Part shown: positions 38,450 to 51,351 of the stretch, piece after piece
Numbering within the stretch: the stretch's first letter is position 1
How the letters are laid out: every line of letters starts with the position of its first letter
Assembly (NCBI GenBank): GCA_011109175.1
Contig: RDEW01000021.1
Coordinates: 507,080-571,079, forward strand
Reading direction: 5' to 3'
From: Dicyema japonicum
Lineage: Eukaryota; Animalia; Dicyemida
Length of the DNA: 64,000 nucleotides
Translations under genes and position numbers: made by a program
The notes under the pieces: model-generated
Databases searched by the model: none
Seen by the model: only the letters and a program-made list of their open reading frames with translations
What the model was told of the DNA's origin: nothing

Positions 38450-39050
38450 AAATGACGGGACAATGGCTTGTTGGAACAGGCAGAGGAAAATCTCTTTTAC
38501 AATTTTTAACTTTCTCATACATAGAAGAGCTTGGAAGACCCTCTTTCTTCTAAAAGCTACATCTTCTATAAAATCCCTTTTCTTTCCAAATACACTCCAA
38601 CATATTGTAAGTTAACGGGATTTTTTATGTTCCTCAAGTCGCAGCTTTGTCGATTGAATCTACGAAAGTTAGAGATCCGCGGGGTTAGTTTTTTTTGCTG
38701 AGAACCTTTGTAGACACGCCATTTCCTGTTTTCCTATATTTTCTTGGCTTGAACACATCCGAGATAATACGTAATCCGCATAAAAGAGAATTTATATAGC
38801 GGCATCTTAGCCATGAAAATGTTTAATAGCAGGGAGCTGAGTGCTGAACCCTGGCGAATATCCACTCCAACATACGATGATCGATTCTGCATCCACATTT
38901 TTTAAGAATCGCAGTGGTCAGCGTCTCCATTGATTCCAAGAAACATTGCTGACATCTGATTTCGGTTAAACTTTCTTTTTTTAAATGACTTTCGTAAATC
39001 TCAGCAACCATTTTTTCACCTCCTATCGTTATTTAATTTTTCTCACATAT
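38450..39050 (-). mobile_element. Decayed RT fragment
   Basis: QGSALSSLLLNIFM and FYAD motifs with frameshifts. Confidence 0.6.
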
Positions 39051-39994
39051 TTTTGTATATAATCTAATAAAATCTTTGAATGTTAGTCTAGTTCCCTCTA
39101 ACCATGTTCCTGCAAAATTTAAAATTGATATAAATGCGACATCCAACAAAATCAGAGTAGATCGCACTGTCTTTTTTGACAATGCCATGATGGCTTAGAT
39201 AACCTTAGAGACATACCATGTCCTCGACGGCATAACTTTTATTTCGAATAAATTTTAAAATTTTGTAAAAATAGCTTATGTTCGATTTTGGGAGAGGTTG
39301 TTTTTTGTAAAAATAGCTTATGTTCGTAGATATGTGGAACCCCCGATTTTGGGAGATGTCGCATGCCATAGCGGTTACAGTGGTAAATAAGGTCAGTGAG
39401 GGCTATTGTATTAACTATTTTTTGTATTGTTGATAAAGATACTAAAGTTCATTGACTATGTTAAACAGATTCTGATCGCTGATCGCGAAGAGGAAAAATG
39501 ATAGAAGAGAAAGGAGTTGTCTAACTGAGCGTATTTCCTCGCAAATCGTAAGGGGAAATGCGTTCTCGATTATGAGAGCAGCCAATAATTGCTAATTGTT
39601 AAATTTAAAAAAATGAAAAAATAGATAAAGTTCTGTAACGTTTATTTGAGTGAACCATAATGGCATGTGACATTGTACAATGTTACTTCCAGTTTAATTA
39701 GTTAGTAGCCCCGACCTCCCTATCCTGTAGAAAGCCTGCGGCCTCAGTCGTCCTGCAGCTAATGCTCTACGCCTGCTTATAAAAGGTCATATGTCTTCGA
39801 TACTCACTGAAATCCAGGACAGGAGTAAGCTTCTCGTAGTATCATTGATAGTTGATCTGGTGATGGAACCCAAGAGCCCGACTTGTCCCCCCCCCCCCTG
39901 AACGTAGCTACGATAGAGTCCTCCTTGTTTCTCTGTCTAGGGTAGTCCTCGATTCATCCACCAATGGGGAAAGGCTTGGTTAATAATATTATTA

Positions 39995-40245
39995 GTATTA
40001 AAAGCACTCCCGAGAAAATATAAAGTTAATTAAGTCTCCCTTGTGCCGTATTCCGAATTATTCTCTTTGTCAGCCTCGACCATTATCTTCTGTTGCGCGC
40101 TAGTTCTCTTAGGTCGTCCGTCGAAAATAGTCTTATACCAAACGCCGATTGGTCTTCATTCAAGATAGTCGGAAGTGTCGTTCTTGGTCTTCCAGCTCCT
40201 GTTTGTGCGAAGTATTTGTTGAACTACTTTTACATATTTTGTTCA
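39995..40245 (-). mobile_element. RTE-like LINE 3' fragment
   Basis: Near-identical to 48220-48470. Confidence 0.7.
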
Positions 40246-40389
40246 CAAAAGTATGTTCCAGAAATTGATGACATAATAACAGCCACTTATAGTTCCACAT
40301 AGGCAGAACACACATTTTATTAGAGTAAAGAATAATTCCGCCCATTAATCGTTGGAAGGAAGCCAAAGAATGCACTTAAATTATTTTTT

Positions 40390-40545
40390 GTTGCGTGTGT
40401 CCTTGTAGACGATCCACCGCATTGAAGTATTCACTGGTGCCCCAAAGCATCGTAGATATGTGGAACCTTCAGTCTGAATGTACGGCAGCAAGATTCGAAC
40501 TAAGAATCATCTGGATTTTGCTTGGCACTGACATAATTAAGTGAC
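40390..40545 (-). mobile_element. tRNA-derived SINE (family T)
   Basis: tagttcgaatcttgc..ctgaaggttccacatatctacgatgc. Confidence 0.7.
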
Positions 40546-41522
40546 ATAATTAAATCGAATTTATTTAAGTCATTTATTCAAAGATTATTGGCAACATTAA
40601 AAAAATCATATTTACCATCATCCTATGCGTGCAGCTTCCGACAGATGATTCTCCAATTGTACTCAATTTTCGAACAAGAATCAAACTTGGATCCTAGTAG
40701 ATCTGACATTTCTTTTATTTAGAATTTCTCGTTTCCCATGTATCCTGAGTGAGTCACCTCGTTCATTACTCAAAAAAGGCAAGGCATCATGAAACAAAGT
40801 AGACATTACCATCTCAACCTTTCAACCAATTAAAGAATGGAATGAAAACCTAAAAAGCATACTAGTAAGGAAATCGCGGAAACAGAAAAAACTAAGTACT
40901 TTGAAGACTAATGTTTCCAATATCGTCGATGCTGTTTTTTCATCCAAAATCCCATCGAACAACAATTACAATACTTAAACTAAAATATTCGAATTTTCCA
41001 CAACGATGAACAAATATTAATAGCCACCTTGCTATTTCTTGTATCTCGTTACATACCCATCAGTTCTTTCCTATTTGCGAACATGTCCACAGAGTTTACT
41101 GAAGGAATATTTATAAGAGGCCAGGATTGTGTGAGCGCTCCCTCTAATCACTGCCATTTAGAGCCTCTGTCTCAACCGATGTCCTTCGCAGGGTTCGTTT
41201 CTCTTCGAAGCGACCATTCGTTCGATATTGGAGAGAAAAACTATCGTTGTTTCTCCCATGACCGATAAATATACTTAGTCATTAGACCTCGACATAACAG
41301 AGAAGCCAAGCTTAGTTAATTGTCATTCGCAAAAAAATCGAGTCAGCCGGGAATATTTGAGTGTATAAAACTTCGATCCCTGAGGAAAGGAAATAGCAAT
41401 GGTGATCCGTTCCATATTATAAAGACGGAGCAATATTATAAAAGGATCAGGTAAAACAAATAGCAATACAAAGATAATAAAAAGTAAGTTTCATTACAGA
41501 AAAGCGTAAAAATAAGAATATC

Positions 41523-43709
41523 CTATTTTTGGATACTCAAATAAATGGTGTGTACGTCGGGCCTCAAATCCTTATTATAGGTAAGACACTTTCTAATAAA
41601 ACTCTAAAAATAAGACAAAAAATAAGCCTTAGCCTCAATGCTGACGATTGGTTTAGAAGGGAATACAACGTCTGTGGCATTAAGAATGGCATTCCTCTCT
41701 AAAATAGCATTTTGTGACAAATGGTGGGCAAATGGCTACATTAATCACATAAATACTTTCTTTCCGTACAAACACTGAAAGTATATCACTCCAACTGACC
41801 ATACGTCCACTTTTGAAGATATTTTGGGGGGGTCTTTCGATACTATGAAGCACTCAGGTGGTAAATACCTAAACTCAAGTCAAAATACTACCAGTAAGTG
41901 CCAGCTCCCTGTGAGGTTAAATCCATCCCCAAGTCAGGATTGTAATTACTCTCATCCATAATCTTACTGAGACCAAAATCAGTAATTTTGATTTCTCCAC
42001 TCGTTGACCCATCACACAACAGAATATTCCCTGGTTTTAAGTCATAGTGAATTATTGGCGGCTTTATTTCATTCAAATATTTAAGGGCGGAGACAATCTG
42101 TGTTATCACTGAACGAGCCTCTCTCTCATTCACAGATTTGTTTTGTTTTAAATAAAAATCCAAATCAGGTCCCCTCACGTGTTCCAACACTGTACAAAAC
42201 CTAAACTAAAGCCAATCCACTACGAATTATTGTCAATCTCAAACACATCAAAAAGCTTAACAATCCTAGGGTGGTCTAACTTTTTATGTATTTCATATTC
42301 CCTCACAGCATGTCTGCCATAATTATGTCTCGTTACTTAATATAGTTGTCCTTCTTCTCTTCCTTCCACTCCTTAGCCAGCTGATGTATCTTACAGGCCA
42401 CATAACGCTGGTTCTTCAAGTCGAATGCCTTATTTACTTCAGAAAAGCCTCCCTTCCCAATCAACTGAAGCATCAAATAGTGAGCATTGAGGACATTGTT
42501 ATTAGAGAATCTTTATAAGTACAACAAACACCTGGAACTGTCCTCGTTAGCTATCCTCTTGATTTCTCTTAGGTGGATGTTACGTTCCCTGTCCAGTTTC
42601 TCCAGTTCTTGCTGTTTCTCTATTTCTTCCTTTTTGAGGGCCATCCCCCGTAGTTTGTACACTTCCTCCTGTTCATGAAAGTCATTCATGGAACCGGAAG
42701 ATCTAAACTATTTAAATTAGATAATACCCGGATTTATTTGTTGATTTTCGTTTGGCTAACAATTTACGTTGTTTTTCGATCTCCTCTTTCTCAGTATTGA
42801 TGGCCTCTATCCGTCTTCTGTGAGATCACACGTGATAACCTCTGCACGTTGTGAAACTCTTTCCCATCCTTCCACACTTCCACGTAGGAAGCACCCTGTC
42901 TCTCCAGCACAATCGTCCCCAGTCTGATTGTGTCGTCTCTTACTCTATTCCTTGCTAACTTTCGTTCGTAAAGGTCCTAAAGTAACAGTGAGTCACAACC
43001 TTCTCAATTAGCATTTCCTTAATGAAAGTGCGTGACTTTTCACATGTAGTCAATAATGATGAATAATCCTTCTCCTTAGAGGCCAACAACTCCTGATATT
43101 TCATTTCCTACAATAAACGGCAAAATCCCCACCAGATTATCATACTCCATCTTAGAAACGAACTGGTTTGAATTAATGGCATCAAACGTGCTCATATCTT
43201 GATAGGAAATGTCAGTCTACTCATAAAATCAATTTAGTCATAGAAATAAATAAAAAATCCCGACAAAACCGAGATTACTGACCTGAATGCCAATTCCGTC
43301 CACGTCCAAGGTTGACGTCACAAAGTCGGTGAGTGCTTTTTGGTTTGTATGGATTCTTGGGAAATTGATAATGCCTGGTAAGGTCAATTTAGTAGCTTTG
43401 GGGGCTAAAATAAAATATTATAAGCTCACAGGACTCTGTCAAGTCGCTTTTCCTTCGTCTCTTCGTCTTCCCCGTAGAACTGTTCGTAGCAGATATAGAA
43501 TTTGCGGTAAATGCCGCCTAAAATTCTTAAAATAGAAACAGTATTTTCCTCCTCTTTCGTGGACAACCGAGAGTTGCTGTTACTGCCAGGAGAGCCAATA
43601 ACGGGGGAGTTATTCTTAGCGTTAGAATTCTGCATCATAACGACGGACAAACCTCAGTCATACGTGTCTCCAACAAAAGTCGTCTATCTTTTTTCAAATC
43701 CCAAGACAT
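41523..43709 (-). CDS. TLK: Tousled-like serine/threonine kinase
   Basis: LLETRM N-terminus, coiled coils, [44 protein letters not shown]. Introns of 21-25 nt, one GC-AG (41604-41627). Confidence 0.95.
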
Positions 43710-43971
43710 TCATCGCTAAATAATAAATAAAAATAATCTAATTTAATATTTGACGAGGATTATTATTTGCTGTTAATTTTGTAAGCTAAACACAGAGTTA
43801 TTATGAAATAAGAGTGACAGGCACTGACCAGGTCAATTATTATTAAAGTTACCTTAATTTATTACAAAAATTATTTTTTACTTTAATTTTAATTAATAAT
43901 AAAAACTATTTTTGGATAATGATTTGGTTTTTTAAATATATCTTTTATTTGGGTTAACACTCTGATTTTGT

Positions 43972-44330
43972 TTGATGTCACATAACAACATAGTGGTTAG
44001 TGATGTCCCTCGTGTCGTGATTAGCCGTGGGTTCAATTTCTATATTACTATCTGGTCGAAGGATTTCTTTTTTTTCTGTTCCTTTTTCAAAATCAAGAGA
44101 CGATATATGATCCACCTATCTCAGGAGACGCCCAGTGCCTTTCCGACATCCAAAAAGGATTTCTCCCTTCTCTACTCCACTGGAGGGTTCCCAATATAAC
44201 AGATACGGATGGACGTGATGCTTGGAAAGGATGCGTCTTACTGTGACCTGTGGAATTGGAGATACTTTACATAGACGTTAATTAACTCTCAACCTCTTTC
44301 CGACATAACCTGGGTTATTAAATAAATAAA
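43972..44330 (+). mobile_element. SINE family A copy with tRNA-like head (core 44097-44161)
   Basis: A-box TAGTGGTTAG, B-box GGTTCAATTT, core GATCCACCTATCTCAGGAGACGCCCAGTGCC, tail ctgggttatt(aaat)n. Confidence 0.75.
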
Positions 44331-45649
44331 ATTTTGCCGGTTGAGTGGTTGACACGTTTCTAGTAACGTTTCATCTTATTCTCAGTCTGTTTACTATAAG
44401 TACACCACAGCGAAAACCTAACTCCTCACATGGAAAACGCAAAAGTGATTTTAACTAAGCAGCTAACACTCTGTTTTTATTTACTCTCTTTAATGGATAC
44501 GGCAAGATTCGGTTACTTTTACTTTTGGGGCATCCCCTCAATTTTTTCTTAGATACAATTTTTTATTATGAATGGCAATTTAAATACCCCTGTGAGCAAA
44601 TAAAAATTAACTGTAAAATTAATAGTTAACTACTGATCATGAATTTTACAATAAATTTGTTAAGAGTTATCAAATAACTTTCTGCTCAATGAGAAATTTT
44701 TGTGTAATATAGCATTGCGGCATTTTGAATTTAAATCGTGTAGTCAACTCTTAGCTGTTTTTGGGAGGAATTTCTAGCGATTATTATTCAAAACGTATGG
44801 TGGTAACGGAGGGCTCTACACCATTTTTTGTTGACGAGTTTATCTCGCTTATCCTGTTCAAGAAAAGCAATCTTTGGATCACTGAGATTCAAGAGAGGCC
44901 GTCAGTGGTTATGATCTCGTTGGCACTTCAAGCATATGTCTAAGAAACTAGCGTGCGAAATAAACGTCTGAGTGGAGCTAGAGTCCCTAGCGTGGCGGCT
45001 TTTTATCCTAAAGAATTCAGACCGCCGAAGTTCGAAATTCCGAATATCAATCCCTGATCGAACACAAAGAAGAATTGCAAGTCGATTTCTTTGACGAGAG
45101 CTGAAGAAGAGGACACTATTATAGTGAATTAAACCAAGATAAAAATGAGATATCATGGATACTACATTACATTAAATAATATGTCATTATTATGAAATAA
45201 TGGAGTAACTGCTGGAATTGGAAGTCGATCTTCAATGAGAATCCCTTCCAAGGATCATAGCATCTTCTCTTTGTGAGTTTGTTGGGATAAATGTCCGTTA
45301 TGTCATCGGTTAGGTACAGATTGGAGGCCTATACTCCAAGTCGCTAAAAGATAACAGAGTTTTTTCGACGTAATTCTTATAGCCATTCAAGGAGAGAATC
45401 TAAACTCAAGGAAACGTCTTTGGATGTAACCTGAATAAGAGTGACTGATTTTGAAATAAAAATGTGTTAGTTTACATGGTTGGTTCCGAAGTAAAAGCGA
45501 CCGTAACCGAGGGGTTTCAGATGTCAACTTTACGGACACATATTACAACTCTGTAATGGGAAAAAAGATATCTTTGTTGTACGGGACCGTATAACCAGAC
45601 AGAATGTGAAGACAAACCATGATTAATTACGGCTCAACCTACCATTGCT

Positions 45650-46050
45650 CGATGAAGTAGGTTCCCGGTCGTGATTGCAACACTTTCGGAAAACAGTCAA
45701 AGTTATCATAAGAGGATTGAAAATAGTGCTAATGAATGCCCATTCAGGAAGAGGCATAATAAACTAGCACAAACGTGTGTTTTCGACGTGGAAGATTGTT
45801 TCTTCCTGTTTAATTCGAAGATGAGAAAAACCTTTGATACAAAGAGTCAGTTAAACGTGATAGCCTTCGATAGTGTTTGGCACGATGAACTTCTAGCACG
45901 CTTTGTCCAAATTGAGTAAATGAACGCAGGACGGTGTCATTATAATGGACATCTGAGAAGTCAAAACTCGCTGAAGAAAATAACAGTACTTTCACGAAAA
46001 CAGTGGATTTAAAGCTCCACGTGTGCAAGACAATAATTTATTAAAGTTAC
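45650..46050 (+). mobile_element. LINE RT fragment
   Basis: AFDSVWHDELL. Confidence 0.55.
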
Positions 46051-46524
46051 GCTGAGGCCAAGGTATGTTCTTAACTTTTTTTTTCCTTTGTGAACTTTGT
46101 TGAAGACTGATCCAGTTTGAGAGTTTTGAAGAAATTTTCGTCTTCCTTGAAAACCACACTCCATCTAGATCTTGGTGGGGAAACCAGATCTTCCGATATC
46201 ACACAAATCCATCCAAACTAACGAAAAGAAGAAAACATACAGTCCTTGAGTTGTGTGAACCCCCACCAGAGTAAAGAAACCAAATAATCTTTTCCACTCT
46301 ACCACTGTGCACCATCTTAGACAAGATGGACCTCATAGGTAGAACAAGGGAAGAAAAGTAACAGAAGGTAATAAACTATGTATTCAGGGGGCACTGAACC
46401 ACCTAGTATTGTTAATGACATCCCAATCACTACAAGATTTGTATTCCAAAAAATCCCTTACTCGAATAATGAAAAAAACTAGACATCGTAGGTGTTTTTA
46501 ACTTTTTGTTTTTTTAACTATCGT

Positions 46525-46650
46525 ATAGTCCCTGAAAAAATCCTGTTCCGCAATGATGTATCACTGATGACGGTGTCAATCCCAGAACCTTCGAATGAGA
46601 TTCGAACCCGGAACCATTGGTCCAGCACTTATTAAATTGCGCCACTAGAA
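46525..46650 (-). mobile_element. tRNA-derived SINE (family T)
   Basis: TGGCGCAATT A-box, GGGTTCGAATC B-box, ccgtcatcagtga body. Confidence 0.65.
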
Positions 46651-46715
46651 TGATGGGAATACTAAAATAATGTTTGAACAAAAACAGAAATAGCACAAAA
46701 TAAGACCAATAAAAT

Positions 46716-47361
46716 CTAATAGTCATTACACTCAACCACAACGGAATCAGCAATCAAATCATGAAGTCCCCTGTATGACTCACCAAAAAACACAGAGTAA
46801 ACTGATAAAGCATAGCACGTGTATTTCACAATAATCCTCAACACAGCATTTTTAAAGCTTAGACCCACATTCTTTCCTTCATCATACCAACACGTCAACT
46901 CCGTTCATATTAACGGGGAACAAGGATTTGTAGGAGACTATCCTGAGACCTCCGGGGAATATCACCGCAAGTTTGATAAAATGAAATATTCCCATGGAAA
47001 GTATCAACTCAACCCAAATTTTGAATATAAATATTTGCAAAACACCTGAGTATGAGATGTGAAAATCATAAATAATCTAAAAGTGAGGACAATAGAGAAT
47101 ACATCGACGATATCGCCGAATACGAAATTGTTGTAGGAGAGAATATATAAAAATACACAAATCAGAGAGGTTACAACCTCAAAAAAGACTCGTTTATATA
47201 GAATAGGGACAGCAAATACTTCTAAAATTTAAAGATGAATTTAACTCATAGGAATATAATCGACATCCTGTCTAAATTATTAGTAATTGTGCATACATTC
47301 TTGTTGATGGGTCGTAGGAAGTGATCATTTTCAAATATTCTTCTGTAAATCCTTCTTTCAT
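46716..47361 (-). CDS. FAM8A1: RDD-domain membrane protein, FAM8A1-like
   Basis: FAVPILYKR..E, TPGKF-like motif, LSFKNAVLR, RGLHDLIADSVVV; 24-25 nt introns. Confidence 0.6.
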
Positions 47362-47527
47362 TACGAACACACAACAATCAAAATTACCAAATCGATTTTT
47401 AAATAATTTATTTCCAATAAATATTAAACCAAAATTAAATTTATATACACGAATAATGACTATGATTTATTTTAAACGAAGACCGTTCTATGCACAGTTG
47501 ACACATGTAAAAAACGATTTGAACTGT

Positions 47528-47836
47528 TACACGTGGCCCCAACGTTAGTTTGGTTATGCGACTACTTGGATTGAAGATTTTCTGTTTGTTCTTCTATTCT
47601 TCCCCTTCCCTTTGGCTCCAGGGAGCTTGAATTGCTAGAGTGCGTCATGTGGTTCACCATCTTTGGTGGTGCCTGATATAATCCTACATTAGTTCCAAAA
47701 TGACTATTAATCAACAACCATCCAGAGGAGTTCCCCCTGGACGGCACCTTCTTCAACTGCTGAGGGAGGCCGGGATCACCTGATTTTTTTCATTCTGGCT
47801 ATTAACGTATTTCTGGTTCAATATATTTAATTTAAA
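47528..47836 (+). mobile_element. SINE family A variant (core 47642-47706)
   Basis: Colinear with 24812-25162. Confidence 0.7.
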
Positions 47837-48219
47837 GCCTTAAAGTCCTTTCCCAGAAAGTCTTACTTGGAAAATATTTCAGACAGACATTTTAAATTCT
47901 GGTTTGCTAAGTTTCTTCGCAGACGGAGAAGATGAGTCTGCTTTGGGAGTATTCGATCAGTCTCGGCTATTTCCTAATTGAGTACCTCAGTGATTACCGC
48001 TATCCCCTCTACTTTTCAATTTATTCTTGGCTAACATTCCGATACCGAGTGGAGAAAACGATCTTCCCATGGATTATGCAGACGACATTTTTTAGCATCA
48101 CGATTCAAGACGTCCAGGGAGCCACGGAGAGAATACAACATCATCAGAACCGTTTGCTTGTGTGGCTGAACGAAAACCGACTGACAATTAACCTTGAGAA
48201 ATCCGTTACATATTTATTT

Positions 48220-49360
48220 ATTATTATTAAAAGTACTCCCGAGAACACGTAAAGTTAATTAAGTATCCCTTGTCCGTATTTAGAATCATCCTCTACGTCA
48301 GCCTCGACCATGATCTTTTGCGCGCTAGTTCTTTTAGGTCGTCCAAGTCGTTCGCCGAAGTTAGTCTCTTACCAACCGTTTATAGGTTTTTATTCAAGAT
48401 AGTAGGAAGTGTCGTACTTGGTCTTCATGGAATCTGGCTCCTATGTATGCGAAGTAGTTGTCCATTGCGATATTTGCGGGGACTTGGTCATTTGGACGTA
48501 ATACGTGGCCAAAGAGGCTCCATCTTGATTTGATAATATCATCTGACAGCACGCTGGATCTGCATTTATTATAAAGATTTGTATTAGAGATCTTCATCGG
48601 CCAGTTGATCTTGATTACCGATTTGACCTGAGCTCTGTGGAAAGAATCAAGATGGTCCACTTCCCGTTTAGGGATTCCCCAAGTCCCAGAGTTGTAAGTT
48701 AGTACCAGGATGACAAAAGCTTTGAATATTCTAAGCCTGGTGTTTAGTCCTTATCCTCATCTTGTAGCCCAAATTAACGATATTTTTTCAGTGCACTCAT
48801 AGGAAAACAAAGATATTTCCTTAAGGACCAAATGCAGATTAGTTAATGCAATCGTGTTCTCGGTTTTTTTATACGGCGCAGAATTATGGACATTGAAAAA
48901 AGCGGATAGGCGAAGAATTAATGCTTTTGAGCTGTGGTGCTGGAGGAGGTTACTAAGAATCCCTAGGACCTCCAAAGTAACAACCATCAATGTACTCAAA
49001 CGGGTAGAGACTGACATTTCGCTAAAGGGAATAATCGTAAAACACAGATTGGCGTTTTTTGGGCATGTTGTCCGCTCTGATTCACTGGAAAGAACCATTA
49101 TGCTGAGCAATATTACTGGGAAGAGAAGACCTGGCCGACCAAGGACTCGGTGGCTATCCACGGTGGAAGACGGAATGCCTATATCAAGGCTACTCCAAAT
49201 TGCAACGGATCGGGGAGAGTGGAGGAAACTCGTTCATGAGATCTCCAAGGGTCGGACACGACTAAATTGGACAACATAACATAACATAGCACTCATAGCA
49301 AGCATCTTTCTACGAGTAACATCTTCAGAGTATCTTAGAAGCAAGCCCACCTTCTTTTGC
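48220..49360 (-). mobile_element. RTE-like LINE 3' portion, interrupted
   Basis: RLRIFKAFV..LTYNSGTW..LDSFHR..RWSLFGHVLR. Confidence 0.8.
48803..49288 (+). mobile_element. RTE-clade (BovB-like) 3' fragment nested in the previous element
   Basis: LYGAELWTL..AFELWCWRRLLRIP..FFGHVVR..GRPRTRW; (acata)n tail; 10-bp TSD GCACTCATAG at 48793 and 49289. Confidence 0.9.
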
Positions 49361-49367
49361 CTTTTCA

Positions 49368-49690
49368 TTTATTTATTAACCCCGGATATACCGAGAAAGA
49401 AGTTAAAGTAAACAACTAATTAAGTGTATCCAGTTTCCACTTTTACAGAGTCCATCCGGAATCAGCATAAAAGGTAAGACGTCCATTACATGCAGTTGTG
49501 GAAACCCCTCCAATGGAGTGGGGGAGAGCAAATGATCCTTTTTCATGCCGGCCTGGCACTGGGCGTCACCTAGACAGGTGGATCACATGACGCCACTCTA
49601 TTAGGAAGAGAGAGGAAGGAACAGACAAGCAAGCAGAAAACTTAAACCAATTAACCACGCAGCACCACATGGCGCCACGCGGCAAAAGCC
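49368..49690 (-). mobile_element. SINE family A, best-preserved copy (core 49533-49594)
   Basis: tRNA-like head, fully paired P1-P4 core, tail ccggggttaataa. Confidence 0.85.
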
Positions 49691-49739
49691 TTTTCCATGA
49701 TTCGTCCGATCTCCAATCAGTACGTTTAAGCATTTTAAA

Positions 49740-50300
49740 CTCCGTTTTGTCGGATTTACGGATAAGAACCATCCATTTTGAAAATATGTGTCGTCATACT
49801 TGTTTCTTCCGACCAGTCCTCATTTACTTGGGGAACATCAAAGAAAGATATAGAACAACTCGACTCGTTTCACAAAGGCCAACTAAGAAAACTCCTTGGA
49901 TACTCTTGGCCAAAGAAAACCTCAAAAAATAAATTATACAGACTGACTGATTGTGGACCAATAAGCCTGAGCGAACTTGAAGCCAGTTGGCGCCTTTCTG
50001 GACATATTCTAGTGATGGGTGAACTGACACCACGCAATGCCGCCATGGAAGAATTTTTCGGCCATACTGTATCTTCTGCATTCAGAGGACGTCCAAGAAG
50101 TTGTCTTCCAAGGACAATTGCTGAAAATTACGCAGTGATCGGGGGCCGACTAATGGATGCAGACGATCTGTACAAAATCAGGAAACGAGCACAACAGCGG
50201 TAATTATGGAGAAGACTAACTGAAAGCATAATCGAAAAACATGGCACAAGCGAAACCATAAACATTGTTTACTGGTAACGCGAATGTGCTTTAACTAACC
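49740..50300 (+). mobile_element. RTE-like LINE 3' fragment
   Basis: LDSFHKGQLRK..GHIL..FRGRPRS; matches 3715-4030. Confidence 0.8.
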
Positions 50301-51351
50301 AATTGGTTTCTAACCAGGGCCCTGAACTCTCTTAGTGCAGCTTCAAGGAAAACAACGAAGAGGACCGGGGATAGCAAGTCCCCTTGAGGAACTTCACTGG
50401 AAGTCGGAAAAAATTGGAGAACATTCGCCAATTTTGACAGAAAGATGAGTGTTCTGGTCAAACGAGTCAATTGAAATTAAAGTGAATGGGAAAACATTGC
50501 CATTTTAGAAATGTCAAAAAATCATGAGAGTGATATCTTTGATAAACAAATGTGTTTTTTGCGGCATGTCGGAAATGTGTTAAACAATTTTAAGAAAAAA
50601 TCAACCTGTTGAAAAGCCTAACGAGGCTGTGGAAAATATGGAACCTTCCCGTACAAAAACAATTTACTATCAATATGTTGAACCATGTAGTTCCCATGAA
50701 TGTGCCTCATGGGGGCCTTAAATCTCTTCTAATGCTCAGAAAATCGCGGATACACAAAAATGGGTTTTTGGAGTGGAAGTGGTTTAAGGACAAAAAGAAC
50801 GTTATAATTCGAAGGAATAATTGTGGAGGCCTAATTCAAGATGATCAGGAGAAACCAGACCCGACGAGTTTTTGTAGGATCAAGGTTGGAGCATCGAGCC
50901 AAGCTGAGAGTCCGCATTAAATTTGTCGTGATCATTTAGTTTGTTTTTCTGTTTAAAGATGGTCTTGGAATAAAAATTTAATTAATTTAACAACAAAAAA
51001 TACTTAGAAGTTTAATATGCTTTTCACTTTGCCCTTCATGCACATTTGATGACCGCGGGACAAATCGCCTTTCTCATGTTCTGTCTTCCGTATCTCTTCT
51101 GCACTAAATCAACCTTTATATCTCCGGGAACGTCCTAGTTATGACTAAGCAACATAGTATTGCCTGATATATATTAAAGCCGTATTAACTACTATTGTGT
51201 GATTCCAAAAAACATTGTAACCAAATCAGGGATAAGTCATGATTTCATGAACTAAATTAGTTTTGGCACAAAAAGTACTTAGAATTATTAATGCCGTAAA
51301 AACAAAAATTAAAAACTCAAAACAGAACATTAAAGGAAAAGAAAAGTAATT

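Noticed and set aside
46590-46650. Functional tRNA genes (also 38350-38415 and 43975-44045)
   Set aside because: A/B-box-like motifs are present but there is no complete cloverleaf, and each runs into a shared SINE body.
49544-49553. GGCCGGCATG identical to the start of the HDV genomic ribozyme
   Set aside because: It lies in the P4 loop/3' strand, not P1; treated as coincidence and not used as evidence.
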